Assembly: GCA_964534175.1 (NCBI GenBank)
Contig: CAZHNS010000003.1
Coordinates: forward strand, 63,939-127,938
Length of the DNA stretch: 64,000 nucleotides
Reading direction: 5' to 3'
Source: an uncultured bacterium
GTDB taxonomy: Bacteria > Hydrothermota > UBA3072
The notes under the pieces were generated by a model. It was not told the origin of the DNA. It searched no databases and worked only from the letters and a program-made list of their open reading frames with translations. This document shows, piece by piece, positions 27,077 through 36,003 of this stretch (position 1 is the stretch's first letter; each line of letters opens with the position of its first letter). The position numbers and the translations under genes were made by a program.

Positions 27077-27146
27077 GGTTAGTCTGTTAGTGTGTTAGGC
27101 TGTTTTTTTTACGCACTAACGCACCAACCGACCAACGGACTAACTG
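27077..27146. repeat. Inverted pair of 8-bp-periodic arrays: GTTAG x3 then CTAAC/CCAAC x4 (potential long imperfect hairpin) in divergent intergenic region
   Basis: ggttagtc tgttagtg tgttaggc tg tttttttt acg cactaacg caccaacc gaccaacg gactaactg. Confidence 0.6.
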
Positions 27147-27266
27147 GGTTGCATTGTGTATTGGGAGATAAAGGGGTTGACATGGAAATCATATACCTTA
27201 AGATTACAACAATCTGGAAAGAAATAATTATAACTAAATTCTAAATAAAGGAAAAAGGGAGGGAAA

Positions 27267-27776
27267 ATGAAAATTTTAAAAAGAGTTTTAATCGTGATTG
27301 GTGTTCTGATTGCTTTGATGGTTATTGCTTTTGGAGTTTATTTGCTGGTTAATCGTCAGAGTGTTGCAGAGCCTTTCGAAGTAGGTTCTCCCGACTCGGC
27401 CAGGAAAATTTTGATTGTCACACAGGGTAGCGATTATAAAAATCTTATGGTAGATACTCTTATTTCCCGGTTAAAAGGAGAGGACGTTTATATAAGCGTA
27501 ATAGATATATCAGGATTAAACGAAATTTCTCAGGAAGATTGGGACGCGGAGATTATCATTCACACCACTGAAGGTTATAGATTGCCCGAGAGTGTTAAGG
27601 AATATCTTTTGCGAATAGAAAACCCTGATGAGGTTATGCTTCTTATTACTTCGGGTAGCGGAGAATGGAAGCCGGAAGATTGTAAGGTCGATGTCCTTAC
27701 TTCAGCTTCGAGAGTTACCGATATACCTGAAAAGGCAAATTATATAAAAGATAAAATAAATTCACTTTTTGAGTGA
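27267..27776 (+). CDS. Hypothetical membrane-anchored protein (N-terminal TM, flavodoxin-like beta-alpha-beta pattern)
   Basis: 169 aa; single N-terminal TM; no family recognised. Confidence 0.4.
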   Translation: MKILKRVLIVIGVLIALMVIAFGVYLLVNRQSVAEPFEVGSPDSARKILIVTQGSDYKNLMVDTLISRLKGEDVYISVIDISGLNEISQEDWDAEIIIHTTEGYRLPESVKEYLLRIENPDEVMLLITSGSGEWKPEDCKVDVLTSASRVTDIPEKANYIKDKINSLFE

Positions 27777-27787
27777 TAAAGACTAAA

Positions 27788-28132
27788 TTAGCTTTTTAGA
27801 GCGCCACCTACCGCTCCGCCTATAAGGCCGAGTAATCCGCAGTACAGCATAGCGACAATAATAGTGCCGCCCGATATGGCGCCTAAAATTACTCCGAGTA
27901 ATGCGCCCGGAGGACCTCCGAACATTGCGCCCCATACTCCACCCGCAGCGGTGAAGAATAGAGTAGCAATTACTCCTAGTATTGTTCCGCTCAAGAAACC
28001 TGCAAAAGCTCCTCTTCCGGCACCTTTAGCGATAATACCCGCAATAAAACCTGCGAGTATATAGCCTATAACTGGAATATGCCCAAGAAATGCCATAGCT
28101 ACCGCCCCTACGAAAACAGCCAGCAAAAACAT
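27788..28132 (-). CDS. Small Gly-zipper-rich membrane protein
   Basis: 114 aa, GxxxG-rich TM helices; antisense ORF 27864-28064 considered spurious. Confidence 0.4.
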   Translation of the reverse strand: MFLLAVFVGAVAMAFLGHIPVIGYILAGFIAGIIAKGAGRGAFAGFLSGTILGVIATLFFTAAGGVWGAMFGGPPGALLGVILGAISGGTIIVAMLYCGLLGLIGGAVGGALKS

Positions 28133-28218
28133 TACAACCTCCTTAAATTTTTTCTTATTTTATTCCTGTACTGTTATCTGTCAAGTAGGAAATCTCCTAT
28201 CCTTATTCCATTTTTTAC

Positions 28219-28250
28219 CACAGAGAACACAGAGAAACACAGAGAAAAAA
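28219..28250. repeat. Short tandem repeat cacagagaa x3 preceded by ttttttaccacag motif
   Basis: cacagagaa cacagagaaa cacagagaaaaaa; ttttttaccacag also at 33668. Confidence 0.5.
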
Positions 28251-28343
28251 AGGAATACGTTGTTGTTTAAAACCCTCCCCACAGCCCTAAAATTAGCTAC
28301 TGATTTACACGGATAAGCACGGATTTTTTTTGTTTTTTTCTTC

Positions 28344-28374
28344 CTAACTTACTAACATTCTAACGATCTAACTG
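28344..28374. repeat. 8-bp periodic CTAAC array (GTTAG on minus strand) ending 4 nt from stop of the 28378 minus-strand gene
   Basis: ctaactta ctaacatt ctaacgat ctaactg. Confidence 0.6.
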
Positions 28375-28377
28375 TTA

Positions 28378-29799
28378 TTATTTAATAATTAGTAACTTGT
28401 AGCTTTTTCCTGAATTATGAACTTTAACTATGAAAATTCCTGAAGGAAGTTTATTTATATCTGTAATAGCAATTTTTCTTCCTGTTACGGAAAAGATACT
28501 TATTTCCTCTGTGTAAACTAATCTTTGTATGTCTGGCAGGAATAAAGTATTTTTTCTACTTTCCAGTAATTCTTCTACCGGCTGGTGATTTGGGAAGAGA
28601 TCATTCCATTTGTACCACTGTGGAGAAAAGTAGGAAGCATCATGCGCGGAATCCGCGAATGAAACCGCGAATAGTGAATCATTTGGCAGGAAAAAAAGTG
28701 TGTGCAAAGTATTTTCGCACGCCAAGGATTTCATTAAATTTTCCATTCTATTGAAAGTTATATCTGGGTTAGTCCGCAGTGAATCTAAGACGGTATAGTA
28801 TCGCGAGTCGAACAAAGGTGCATAATTAACTTCTTCGTGATTTAAGGCTAAGAGATACCATGGGTAAAGATTTTCGTCATTTTCAGAGGTTCTGAAGGTA
28901 TCTCCTGATTCGTTGACACACTCTAAAACGGCTGCCGAAATTGTTGAAGAATCTACGTATGGTATAACTGTATGCAAAAGCCATGCGCCGCCGTTATTCA
29001 CTTCGAGAACTTTTTCGTATGCGTCTCGAAAGTTTACTATATGGTCTTTGTTATAATCGGAAATTTCGAGGATTTCCCTCAAGATAAATTGCATAGGCAT
29101 AACTCTTGGTTTTTTATTTGGAGTGCTAGTATGATAACCGGCGTTTATTGCCAAAGTGAGCATATCTTCGTTTACTCCTGAAATAGTCGAAATTATTCCC
29201 GGAAAACCAAAACCTACCCAGGCTTTTCCGCTATCGGGTTCGAAAGTCATTATGAGTCCTCGTTCTGCATCACTCATTTCGTGGGTTAAATCAAGATTTC
29301 TTCCCAGAATAATGTTTCCTTTTATTAAAGTATCGTTTATGGTTGCCTTACCCCAGGCAGAAAGAGAACTGCAGCCGAGGCTCTCTATGCTTAAAAAAAC
29401 ATAGTTTATATCGAATGTTGAATTTCCAAGTAGAATGTCGATTACATCCAGGTCACGGAGCAGTTCGGGAATATAAATATCCTCTCCAGAGGCTATTATT
29501 CCGTCTATTATTCCTTCGGCTTCTTTTTGATATTTTTTGGGAACAGTGAAGTAATTCCTATAATTTAGATGCAAATACTCGTATTCAAAGTAAGATAAAT
29601 CAATGATTTGAAAGCAAAATTCAGTAAGAAAATCAACTATTCTTTTATTTAATAGATATCCCTGTGCAAATCCCATTTCATAGTTGTTTCCCCAGACATT
29701 AAGAATCTCCTGCTCTCCATTGTATCGGAGAGAACCATTGATTGCAGTAGCTTCAGAAGTTATAATTAGGAAGGACAAGATAAGAATGAATTTTTTCAT
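28378..29799 (-). CDS. Secreted Ntn-hydrolase-like (peptidase C45 / acyl-CoA:6-APA acyltransferase-like) protein with T9SS C-terminal sorting domain
   Basis: Signal peptide; internal Gly-Cys (LGCSSLSAWG) resembling the autoproteolytic G-C site of C45/AAT-family precursors; C-terminus ...INKLPSGIFIVKVHNSGKSYKLLIIK Por-tail-like. Confidence 0.45.
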   Translation of the reverse strand: MKKFILILSFLIITSEATAINGSLRYNGEQEILNVWGNNYEMGFAQGYLLNKRIVDFLTEFCFQIIDLSYFEYEYLHLNYRNYFTVPKKYQKEAEGIIDGIIASGEDIYIPELLRDLDVIDILLGNSTFDINYVFLSIESLGCSSLSAWGKATINDTLIKGNIILGRNLDLTHEMSDAERGLIMTFEPDSGKAWVGFGFPGIISTISGVNEDMLTLAINAGYHTSTPNKKPRVMPMQFILREILEISDYNKDHIVNFRDAYEKVLEVNNGGAWLLHTVIPYVDSSTISAAVLECVNESGDTFRTSENDENLYPWYLLALNHEEVNYAPLFDSRYYTVLDSLRTNPDITFNRMENLMKSLACENTLHTLFFLPNDSLFAVSFADSAHDASYFSPQWYKWNDLFPNHQPVEELLESRKNTLFLPDIQRLVYTEEISIFSVTGRKIAITDINKLPSGIFIVKVHNSGKSYKLLIIK

Positions 29800-29821
29800 T
29801 CCTGATTTTTAGTGTAAATAA

Positions 29822-30304
29822 TTAATTGCTGAATTGGTCAAGATTGATTCTGATATCTGCTGTTATTTCATGTTCATCAAACCATCCCCCTATCATCTCA
29901 AGAGCGTATTTTATGGTTGTTGATTGGGAAGGGTAGGTTGTTAAGGATTCCGGAGGTGTATCTAAAGGCTCTTTTTCCATTGTAATTATTTCTGAAATTG
30001 TTCCGTCTGATTCTATATATGCGAGGTCTATGTCAAAGTTGCATCCTTTCATCCAGAAAACTCTTCTGCTTTCGTTTGGAAAAACAAATAACATTCCGTG
30101 GTTCACTGCCAGTGTGTCTCTATAGGATAATCCCATTTCCCACTCTTCTGGTGAATCTGCTACTTCTACCTGTATTATTTGTTCACCTACTTCTATATTC
30201 CAGGTATCGTTCTCATCTGGAACCGAACTGTTACATCCAGTGAAAGATACAAATAAAAAAAGAAATAATATTGGAATTTTACTTTTGCTAAGAAATGATT
30301 TCAT
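29822..30304 (-). CDS. DUF192-family lipoprotein
   Basis: Lipobox FTGC; MLFVFP...WMKGCNFDIDLAYIESDG pattern of DUF192/COG1430. Confidence 0.55.
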   Translation of the reverse strand: MKSFLSKSKIPILFLFLFVSFTGCNSSVPDENDTWNIEVGEQIIQVEVADSPEEWEMGLSYRDTLAVNHGMLFVFPNESRRVFWMKGCNFDIDLAYIESDGTISEIITMEKEPLDTPPESLTTYPSQSTTIKYALEMIGGWFDEHEITADIRINLDQFSN

Positions 30305-30331
30305 AACTATTTCTCCCTTTTTAAGATAAAG

Positions 30332-33300
30332 TTATATTTTTTCCACATCTATCGATAAAGCTGTAGAGACACCGCTTTCTTCCATTGTTATCCCGTAGAT
30401 GAAATCAGAACGTTCCATAGTTGCTCTATTGTGGGTGACTATTAGAATCTGAGAAGTCTTTGAGAATTCACGCAAGATATCGCTAAACCTCTCTATATTA
30501 TTTTCATCCAGGGGGGCATCGATTTCGTCCATAATATAAATAGGCGACTGCCTTTTCCGCATAATCGAAAGAAGAAGAGCAACAGCAGCAAGAGTCTTTT
30601 CTCCGGTGGAAAATAATTCCATGCTTTTAAGTCTTTTTCCCTTGGGCCTGACAAGAATTTCTATGTTGGATTCGAGAATATTTGTACTGGGTAATCTTAT
30701 ATCGGCTGCTCCTCCGGGAGAGAGTTTACTATAAATGGATTTAAAATCTTCTTTGATGCCTAAAATTGTTTCCTTGAATTCCCTTGTTGCTTTTGTATCG
30801 ATTTCTTCTATGGTTTCTTCAATATCCTTTTTGGATGAGACTAAATCGGAGCGCTCCGCCTCTATTTTATCTAATTCGGACTGCTTTTCTTCATATTGGT
30901 TTAATGCCAGTGGATTTATAGGATATAAAGAATCTATCTTCTTTTTTAGTTTTTCTATATTTTCGTCGATGTTTTCCTCTATTTCTACTTCTTCTCCCTT
31001 TATTTCTTCTCCAAATTCTTTGAATATTTCACTTTGAATACTGTCTTTTTTGTATTTTTGTTCAGACAATGCCATTTTTAATTCGGAAATTTCTTTTTCT
31101 AATTTACTGTTTTCTTCCTGCCTGGATTTATATTTAGTCTTTTTATCGGATAAGATTTCCTCTGATTTTTGTATTTTTTCGTTCAGAGAAGAATTTTTTT
31201 TCTTTAATTCCTCGAGTTTTTCTGTTTTATTCTTAATTATTATTTCCAATTCCTTAATTTCCTTTTCAAGAACGGATTTTCTATCTATTAATCTAATAGC
31301 CTCTTTAAGTCTACTTATTTCTTCTTTTGTTTCGCTTTCCCTGTCCGTAATTTTTTCTTTCTTTTTTTCTACTTTTGCGAGTTCTTTTTCGGCTTCTCCT
31401 TTTTTGTCTTGAATTTCTGTCTGCTTCTTATAATCGAGAGAAAGATTCTTCTTCGCATTTTCTTTTTCTTTTTCTTCCTCTTTAATCATTTTATTTATAT
31501 CCCGGATTTCTTTCTTTGCATCATTTATATTATTCTCAATCGATTCTATTTTAACTTCTACACGGCTGATTTCGAATTCGTATTCTGCTTTTTCAGCTGT
31601 TATCTTTTCCCTTTCGTTATTTTCTACTTTAAGCTTTTTTTCAAGTTCACTCAGAATATTTATAATTTCGTTTCTCTTTTCTTCCAGTTTTTTAATCTGT
31701 TTTTCGTATTCTTTTTCCTTAAGAGTTAGTTCCTTTTCTTTTGCTCTTCTTATTAGTATTCCTTCTTTATTTTTAGAAAGTAAAATAAAATTATTGACTA
31801 TTACGTCGCCCCTTTTTGTTACCCAGAAGCCGCCTTTTTCTTTTGCTTTTTCTAAAGCTCCTTCCAGGGTTTCCGCGAAGTTGTATTGAGAGAGTTCTTT
31901 TTTTATAAGATGAGCAAATTTTCCCGATACGACTTCCGAAAGGCTACTTTCTTTAACAGATTCTTCTTTGTCTTTTGTTGCGAATATACCACCTTTCAAT
32001 GATTCTTTTTTTATGAAATTGAGTACTTCTTTCATTTCGGATGCTTTTACAACGGCACTTTTTACTCTTTCTCCGAATATGGCTTCTATTGCTGCCTCGT
32101 AGCCTTTTTTAACTTCTAAATTATCCGAAAGTGAAGGTAATCCAAACTTTGCGTTGATTTTTTTCATTTCATTTGATATTTCAATATCTCTATTCTTATA
32201 AAACTCTATTTCTTTTTTTGTCTTTTCGTTTTCAGAGGTTAGAGAGGTGAGTTTTCTTAAGCCCGCAGTCTTTTCATTTTCGTATTTTTCGATCGATTGT
32301 GCAAGGTCGTTTATTCTTTTTGTATTTTCTTTTAATCTTTTCTCAATTTCTTTTGTGTTTGAATCTAATCCCTTTATTTTCGTATTTTCTTTCTCGATTT
32401 CTTTTTTGTATTCTTCCTGGCTTTTTAAAAGGGAAGTCACGCGTGAGCTTTGCTCTTCTTTTTTTACCGTAAGAGAGAGCTCCTTTTCTTTTAGTGTTTC
32501 GATTTCTCCTGTGATTTCTGAATATTCCTTATCTATTTCCGCTATTTTTTCTTTGTGAATTTGTATCTGGGCGTTCAACTTTGCTTCAGCTTCTTCTATA
32601 TTATCCATTTCTTGTTGTAGTTCAGCTATGATGGAAGAAATGTCTTCCGGCAGGTCTTTGGTAAAATTATCTATATGTTTTAATTCGCCGGCATTTCCCG
32701 CTTTCTTTTCCCTGATGGATGATATTTCTTCCTGGGTATTCTGTATATTATTTCCTCTTTCTCTGTATTCTTCTCTATCTTCTTTTAAATCTTCTTCTCC
32801 GATTTTTATTTCGCTTTCCAATTTTTTTATTATACTACGAATCTCGTCGGTTTTTTCGGAGAGTTCTCCGATTTTATTTTCTCTTTCTTTTAATATATTT
32901 TCTATTTCTAATAACCGGTGTTTTGCTAATAAAATCGATTTTTCTTTCAATTCACTTTTATGTTTATGGTATCTTTTTGCCCTATTTGCTTCAGTTTTAA
33001 GAGAGCGGGCGATACTTCTCTTCTCGTTTAGTAGGATTTCGATTTTTTCGAGAGAATTGGACACGGAGTTTAACTTGTTTTGAGCTTCTTTTCTATCGCC
33101 TCTATATCTTTTTATGCCAGATATGGATTCAAAAATTTCTCTTCTCAGTTCCGAATCCGATATAAGAAAATCTTCGACCAATCCCTGATTTAGAATAGCT
33201 GACCGCAGGCCCGTATTAGCAAACAAATCCTGAATGTCGCGAAGACGGCAAGGAGTATTGTTAATAAGAAATTCCCCTTCTCCCGAACGGAAGAACCGCC

Positions 33301-33601
33301 TTTTTATTTCTACTTCATCGAAATCCATAGGAATCCCGCCGTTGTTTTCAAAGGTTAGGACAACTTCAGCCATACCTACAGGCGGACGCGTTTCTGTGCC
33401 TGTGAAGATTAGGTCTTCCATTCCTTCTGCCCTTAAAGATTTTATACTCATTTCACCCAGAGTCCATTTTATGGCATCGATTATATTACTCTTGCCGCAC
33501 CCGTTAGGGCCAACAAAAGCGGTAATGCCTTCTTTTAAATCGAATGTTGTTTTCCTGGGAAAGGATTTGAATCCCGATAATTTAATTTCCTTTAAGCGCA
33601 T
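30332..33601 (-). CDS. smc: Chromosome segregation protein SMC
   Basis: Canonical SMC N-terminus (MRLKEIKLSGFKSFP...FVGPNGCGKSNIIDAIKWTLGE), long coiled coils, C-terminal signature/Walker B (LDEIDAPLDENN). Confidence 0.85.
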   Translation of the reverse strand: MRLKEIKLSGFKSFPRKTTFDLKEGITAFVGPNGCGKSNIIDAIKWTLGEMSIKSLRAEGMEDLIFTGTETRPPVGMAEVVLTFENNGGIPMDFDEVEIKRRFFRSGEGEFLINNTPCRLRDIQDLFANTGLRSAILNQGLVEDFLISDSELRREIFESISGIKRYRGDRKEAQNKLNSVSNSLEKIEILLNEKRSIARSLKTEANRAKRYHKHKSELKEKSILLAKHRLLEIENILKERENKIGELSEKTDEIRSIIKKLESEIKIGEEDLKEDREEYRERGNNIQNTQEEISSIREKKAGNAGELKHIDNFTKDLPEDISSIIAELQQEMDNIEEAEAKLNAQIQIHKEKIAEIDKEYSEITGEIETLKEKELSLTVKKEEQSSRVTSLLKSQEEYKKEIEKENTKIKGLDSNTKEIEKRLKENTKRINDLAQSIEKYENEKTAGLRKLTSLTSENEKTKKEIEFYKNRDIEISNEMKKINAKFGLPSLSDNLEVKKGYEAAIEAIFGERVKSAVVKASEMKEVLNFIKKESLKGGIFATKDKEESVKESSLSEVVSGKFAHLIKKELSQYNFAETLEGALEKAKEKGGFWVTKRGDVIVNNFILLSKNKEGILIRRAKEKELTLKEKEYEKQIKKLEEKRNEIINILSELEKKLKVENNEREKITAEKAEYEFEISRVEVKIESIENNINDAKKEIRDINKMIKEEEKEKENAKKNLSLDYKKQTEIQDKKGEAEKELAKVEKKKEKITDRESETKEEISRLKEAIRLIDRKSVLEKEIKELEIIIKNKTEKLEELKKKNSSLNEKIQKSEEILSDKKTKYKSRQEENSKLEKEISELKMALSEQKYKKDSIQSEIFKEFGEEIKGEEVEIEENIDENIEKLKKKIDSLYPINPLALNQYEEKQSELDKIEAERSDLVSSKKDIEETIEEIDTKATREFKETILGIKEDFKSIYSKLSPGGAADIRLPSTNILESNIEILVRPKGKRLKSMELFSTGEKTLAAVALLLSIMRKRQSPIYIMDEIDAPLDENNIERFSDILREFSKTSQILIVTHNRATMERSDFIYGITMEESGVSTALSIDVEKI

Positions 33602-33695
33602 ATCGGTTTTAATTTATAAAAACAGTCGAAATAGTCAAGAGGAATAAAAAGCCTCTACAGCACATTTTTTTACCACAGCCCACACAGGATTTAAC

Positions 33696-33714
33696 CCGTT
33701 AGTCCGTTGGTCTG
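33696..33714. repeat. Short 8-bp periodic GTTAG/GTTGG unit pair, preceded by ttttttaccacag motif
   Basis: ccgttagt ccgttggt ctg. Confidence 0.4.
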
Positions 33715-33761
33715 TTTTCTGCGTGTCAACTAATTAAACAATTAACCAGTATATCAGTTGT

Positions 33762-34811
33762 CTACAACCAAAAAGAAAGCTTGACGAGAGGGCCCGAAAA
33801 GTCGACTCCCGCGTAATTATTATAGTTGAACCCCAGACCAATATTAAATCTATAAAATTCGCGATTTAAGGAAGCCGAAAAATTATTGAAGTTTAGCGAA
33901 CCATAAGACGAATTTAATGTATATAAATCCAAGTTGTAATTATCGGGGAAGAAAATCTGTAAATTAGCTCCATAAGATAATCGGGCTTCCTCGAGGGGTT
34001 CGATATAAAGAGCTCCCACAAAAGGCGTTAAAATAAAATGATTAGTTGCAAAATAGAAACCGCCATTTATTGAATAAAGAGTAAGAGATTCCTCGCTTGA
34101 AAAAACACTCTGATAAAAACAATTAAAATGCAAGCTATAAAGATTTGCGGAAATTTTTGCCGTAGCTCCATAAGTATCCCGAATATCTTTTCCCAGATAA
34201 GCAGCTTCGACTGAAGAATAAAGAAATGCGATCCTTCTCGGCTGTTTATGCTCGTATATAGGCCTCCTAAGAATCAAGTCTGAATTATCTACATAAGTGT
34301 AATCATCATATATCACATCATAAGAAGGATTATCGTAAATCCAATAAATATCTGAATAATAATCATCTCTATATATCTTATGGTGCTTTCTGTTGTAATC
34401 ATTAACATAGTCGTGTTTATCCTTATCCTTTTCTTTTGCTTTCACTTTTTCTTTCTCTTTCTTCTTTTCTTCGGCTTTCGCTTCTATTTTTTTCTTCTCC
34501 TCTGTAATCTTATCTTTAACTTCCTTGATACGGCTCGTTTCTTGAACGCGTTCTTCCTTCTCATTTTTCTTTTCCTTCTCTTTTCCCTTTTCTTTCACTT
34601 TCTCTTTGCTTTTAAATTCTATTTTTTCTTCCGTTTTTACTTTCTCCTGTTCTTTTTCATTGTTTTTCTCTTCTACTTTTTCCTTTTCCTTTGAAATCTT
34701 CTCTTTAATTTCTTGAATAAAGCTCCTTCCTCCGTTGGATTTTCCCTCTGCAAACAATGGAATGAAAAGTAATAATGAAACTAGAAATATTTTATTGTTT
34801 AAATTTTTCAT
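33762..34811 (-). CDS. Secreted protein: Lys/Glu-rich low-complexity N-terminal half, Tyr/Asn-rich beta-barrel-like C-terminal half (possible outer-membrane protein)
   Basis: Signal peptide; KEKEKV... repeats; C-terminal alternating hydrophobic/aromatic pattern ending ...KLSFWL. Confidence 0.4.
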   Translation of the reverse strand: MKNLNNKIFLVSLLLFIPLFAEGKSNGGRSFIQEIKEKISKEKEKVEEKNNEKEQEKVKTEEKIEFKSKEKVKEKGKEKEKKNEKEERVQETSRIKEVKDKITEEKKKIEAKAEEKKKEKEKVKAKEKDKDKHDYVNDYNRKHHKIYRDDYYSDIYWIYDNPSYDVIYDDYTYVDNSDLILRRPIYEHKQPRRIAFLYSSVEAAYLGKDIRDTYGATAKISANLYSLHFNCFYQSVFSSEESLTLYSINGGFYFATNHFILTPFVGALYIEPLEEARLSYGANLQIFFPDNYNLDLYTLNSSYGSLNFNNFSASLNREFYRFNIGLGFNYNNYAGVDFSGPLVKLSFWL

Positions 34812-34927
34812 TTTATCCTCCTTTACAAATGAGACCTTGCGAAACCGCTCCCGGTTTCATTTGAAAACTAGAGATTGCACAGATTAACACAATATTCTTA
34901 CCGCACAGACTTGCAGTACGCATTTGT

Positions 34928-34960
34928 AGGGATTGACAGATTATATTTGGGGAATATGAT
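34928..34960 (+). promoter_or_regulatory. Sigma70-like promoter TTGACA-16nt-TATGAT upstream of 35120 gene
   Basis: ttgacagattatatttggggaatatgat. Confidence 0.35.
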
Positions 34961-35018
34961 AAAATTATGGAGATAGGACGAATGTTTTTAAGCTTTAAAA
35001 TTAAAAACGGCTAATTTA

Positions 35019-35105
35019 AAATGAGTTTTATAACCATTTTTGGAATCGGTTTAGGGCTATCGACGGATACTCTCGCCGTATCGGTGATAATTGACTCATT
35101 AAGGT
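35019..35105 (+). pseudogene. 28-codon remnant resembling the N-terminus of an MntP-type manganese exporter
   Basis: MSFITIFGIGLGLSTDTLAVSVIIDSLR* resembles MntP N-terminus (...GMSMDAFAASI...); stops after 28 codons, 15 nt before next gene. Confidence 0.25.
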
Positions 35106-35119
35106 AATGGAAATCAGTT

Positions 35120-35911
35120 ATGAAAATTATCGAGCGAGAGGCGAAATCGATATACACCAGAACAAAACTTCCCGGCATAGAATATACAATTAACCAGTAC
35201 GTAGGATGCGGATATAGATGTGTTTACTGTTATGCCCGTTACATGAGCAGATGGAAAAAGTACGGACAGTGGGGAACTTGGATTGAAGTAAAGGTAAACG
35301 CCCCGGAACTTGCCAGAGAAAAAGTTGAAGGAGAGGTGTCGATGAGTTCGGTTTCCGACCCCTATCAACCTATTGAGAAGAAATTTATGTTAACCAGAAA
35401 GGTTCTTGATAATATGAACAAAGATACTGAAATATCTATTCTTACCAAGTCCGAACTGGTTTTAAGGGATATTGATATACTCAAAAAATTTAAAAACTTA
35501 AACGTTGGCTTAACTATAAATTGTTTTCCGGAAACAACGAGGAAGATTCTCGAGCCGCATGCGCCGTCCAATGAGAGACGAATTGAAGCGCTTAAAAAAT
35601 TAAATGAGGAAGGAATAAAAACCTTCTGTTTTATAAGTCCTATTATTCCTGAACTTACAGAAGTTAGAAAAACACTGCGTGAAACTAAAAAAATAGTAGA
35701 CTATTATATAATTGAAGTTTTGAATACTCATCTTGGAGGAGAAAATTTGAAAAAGATTTTAGAAGATAAATTTCCGGAAAGTTACGAGTATTTGAGAGAC
35801 AGAAAAAAGATGGAAAAGTTTGTCGAATCGCTTAAAAATTATTTAGAAGAACAAAAAGTTCCTCTCACAGCATTTGTCAGCCACTGGGAAGAAAATTACT
35901 ATAAGCAGTAA
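35120..35911 (+). CDS. Radical SAM protein, SplB/COG1533 (DNA-repair photolyase-like) family
   Basis: TINQYVGCGYRCVYCYAR - CxxxCxxC in the context conserved in COG1533. Confidence 0.65.
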   Translation: MKIIEREAKSIYTRTKLPGIEYTINQYVGCGYRCVYCYARYMSRWKKYGQWGTWIEVKVNAPELAREKVEGEVSMSSVSDPYQPIEKKFMLTRKVLDNMNKDTEISILTKSELVLRDIDILKKFKNLNVGLTINCFPETTRKILEPHAPSNERRIEALKKLNEEGIKTFCFISPIIPELTEVRKTLRETKKIVDYYIIEVLNTHLGGENLKKILEDKFPESYEYLRDRKKMEKFVESLKNYLEEQKVPLTAFVSHWEENYYKQ

Positions 35912-36003
35912 ATATTATAACTAAAAAGAAACAATTATTCCCTTGCAAAGTCTTATTACTTTTTTATATTTAGCTGTAAGCCTTAAACTTAAAAAAGGAG
36001 GAG

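Noticed and set aside
30735-33083. Several 100-150-aa plus-strand ORFs (S/F/L-rich) inside smc
   Set aside because: Antisense to the Lys/Glu-rich coiled-coil coding sequence of smc, which yields Phe/Ser/Leu-rich open frames; low complexity, no starts with RBS.
34380-34694. 104-aa F/L-rich ORF
   Set aside because: Antisense of the KEKEK low-complexity region of the 33762-34811 gene; artefact.
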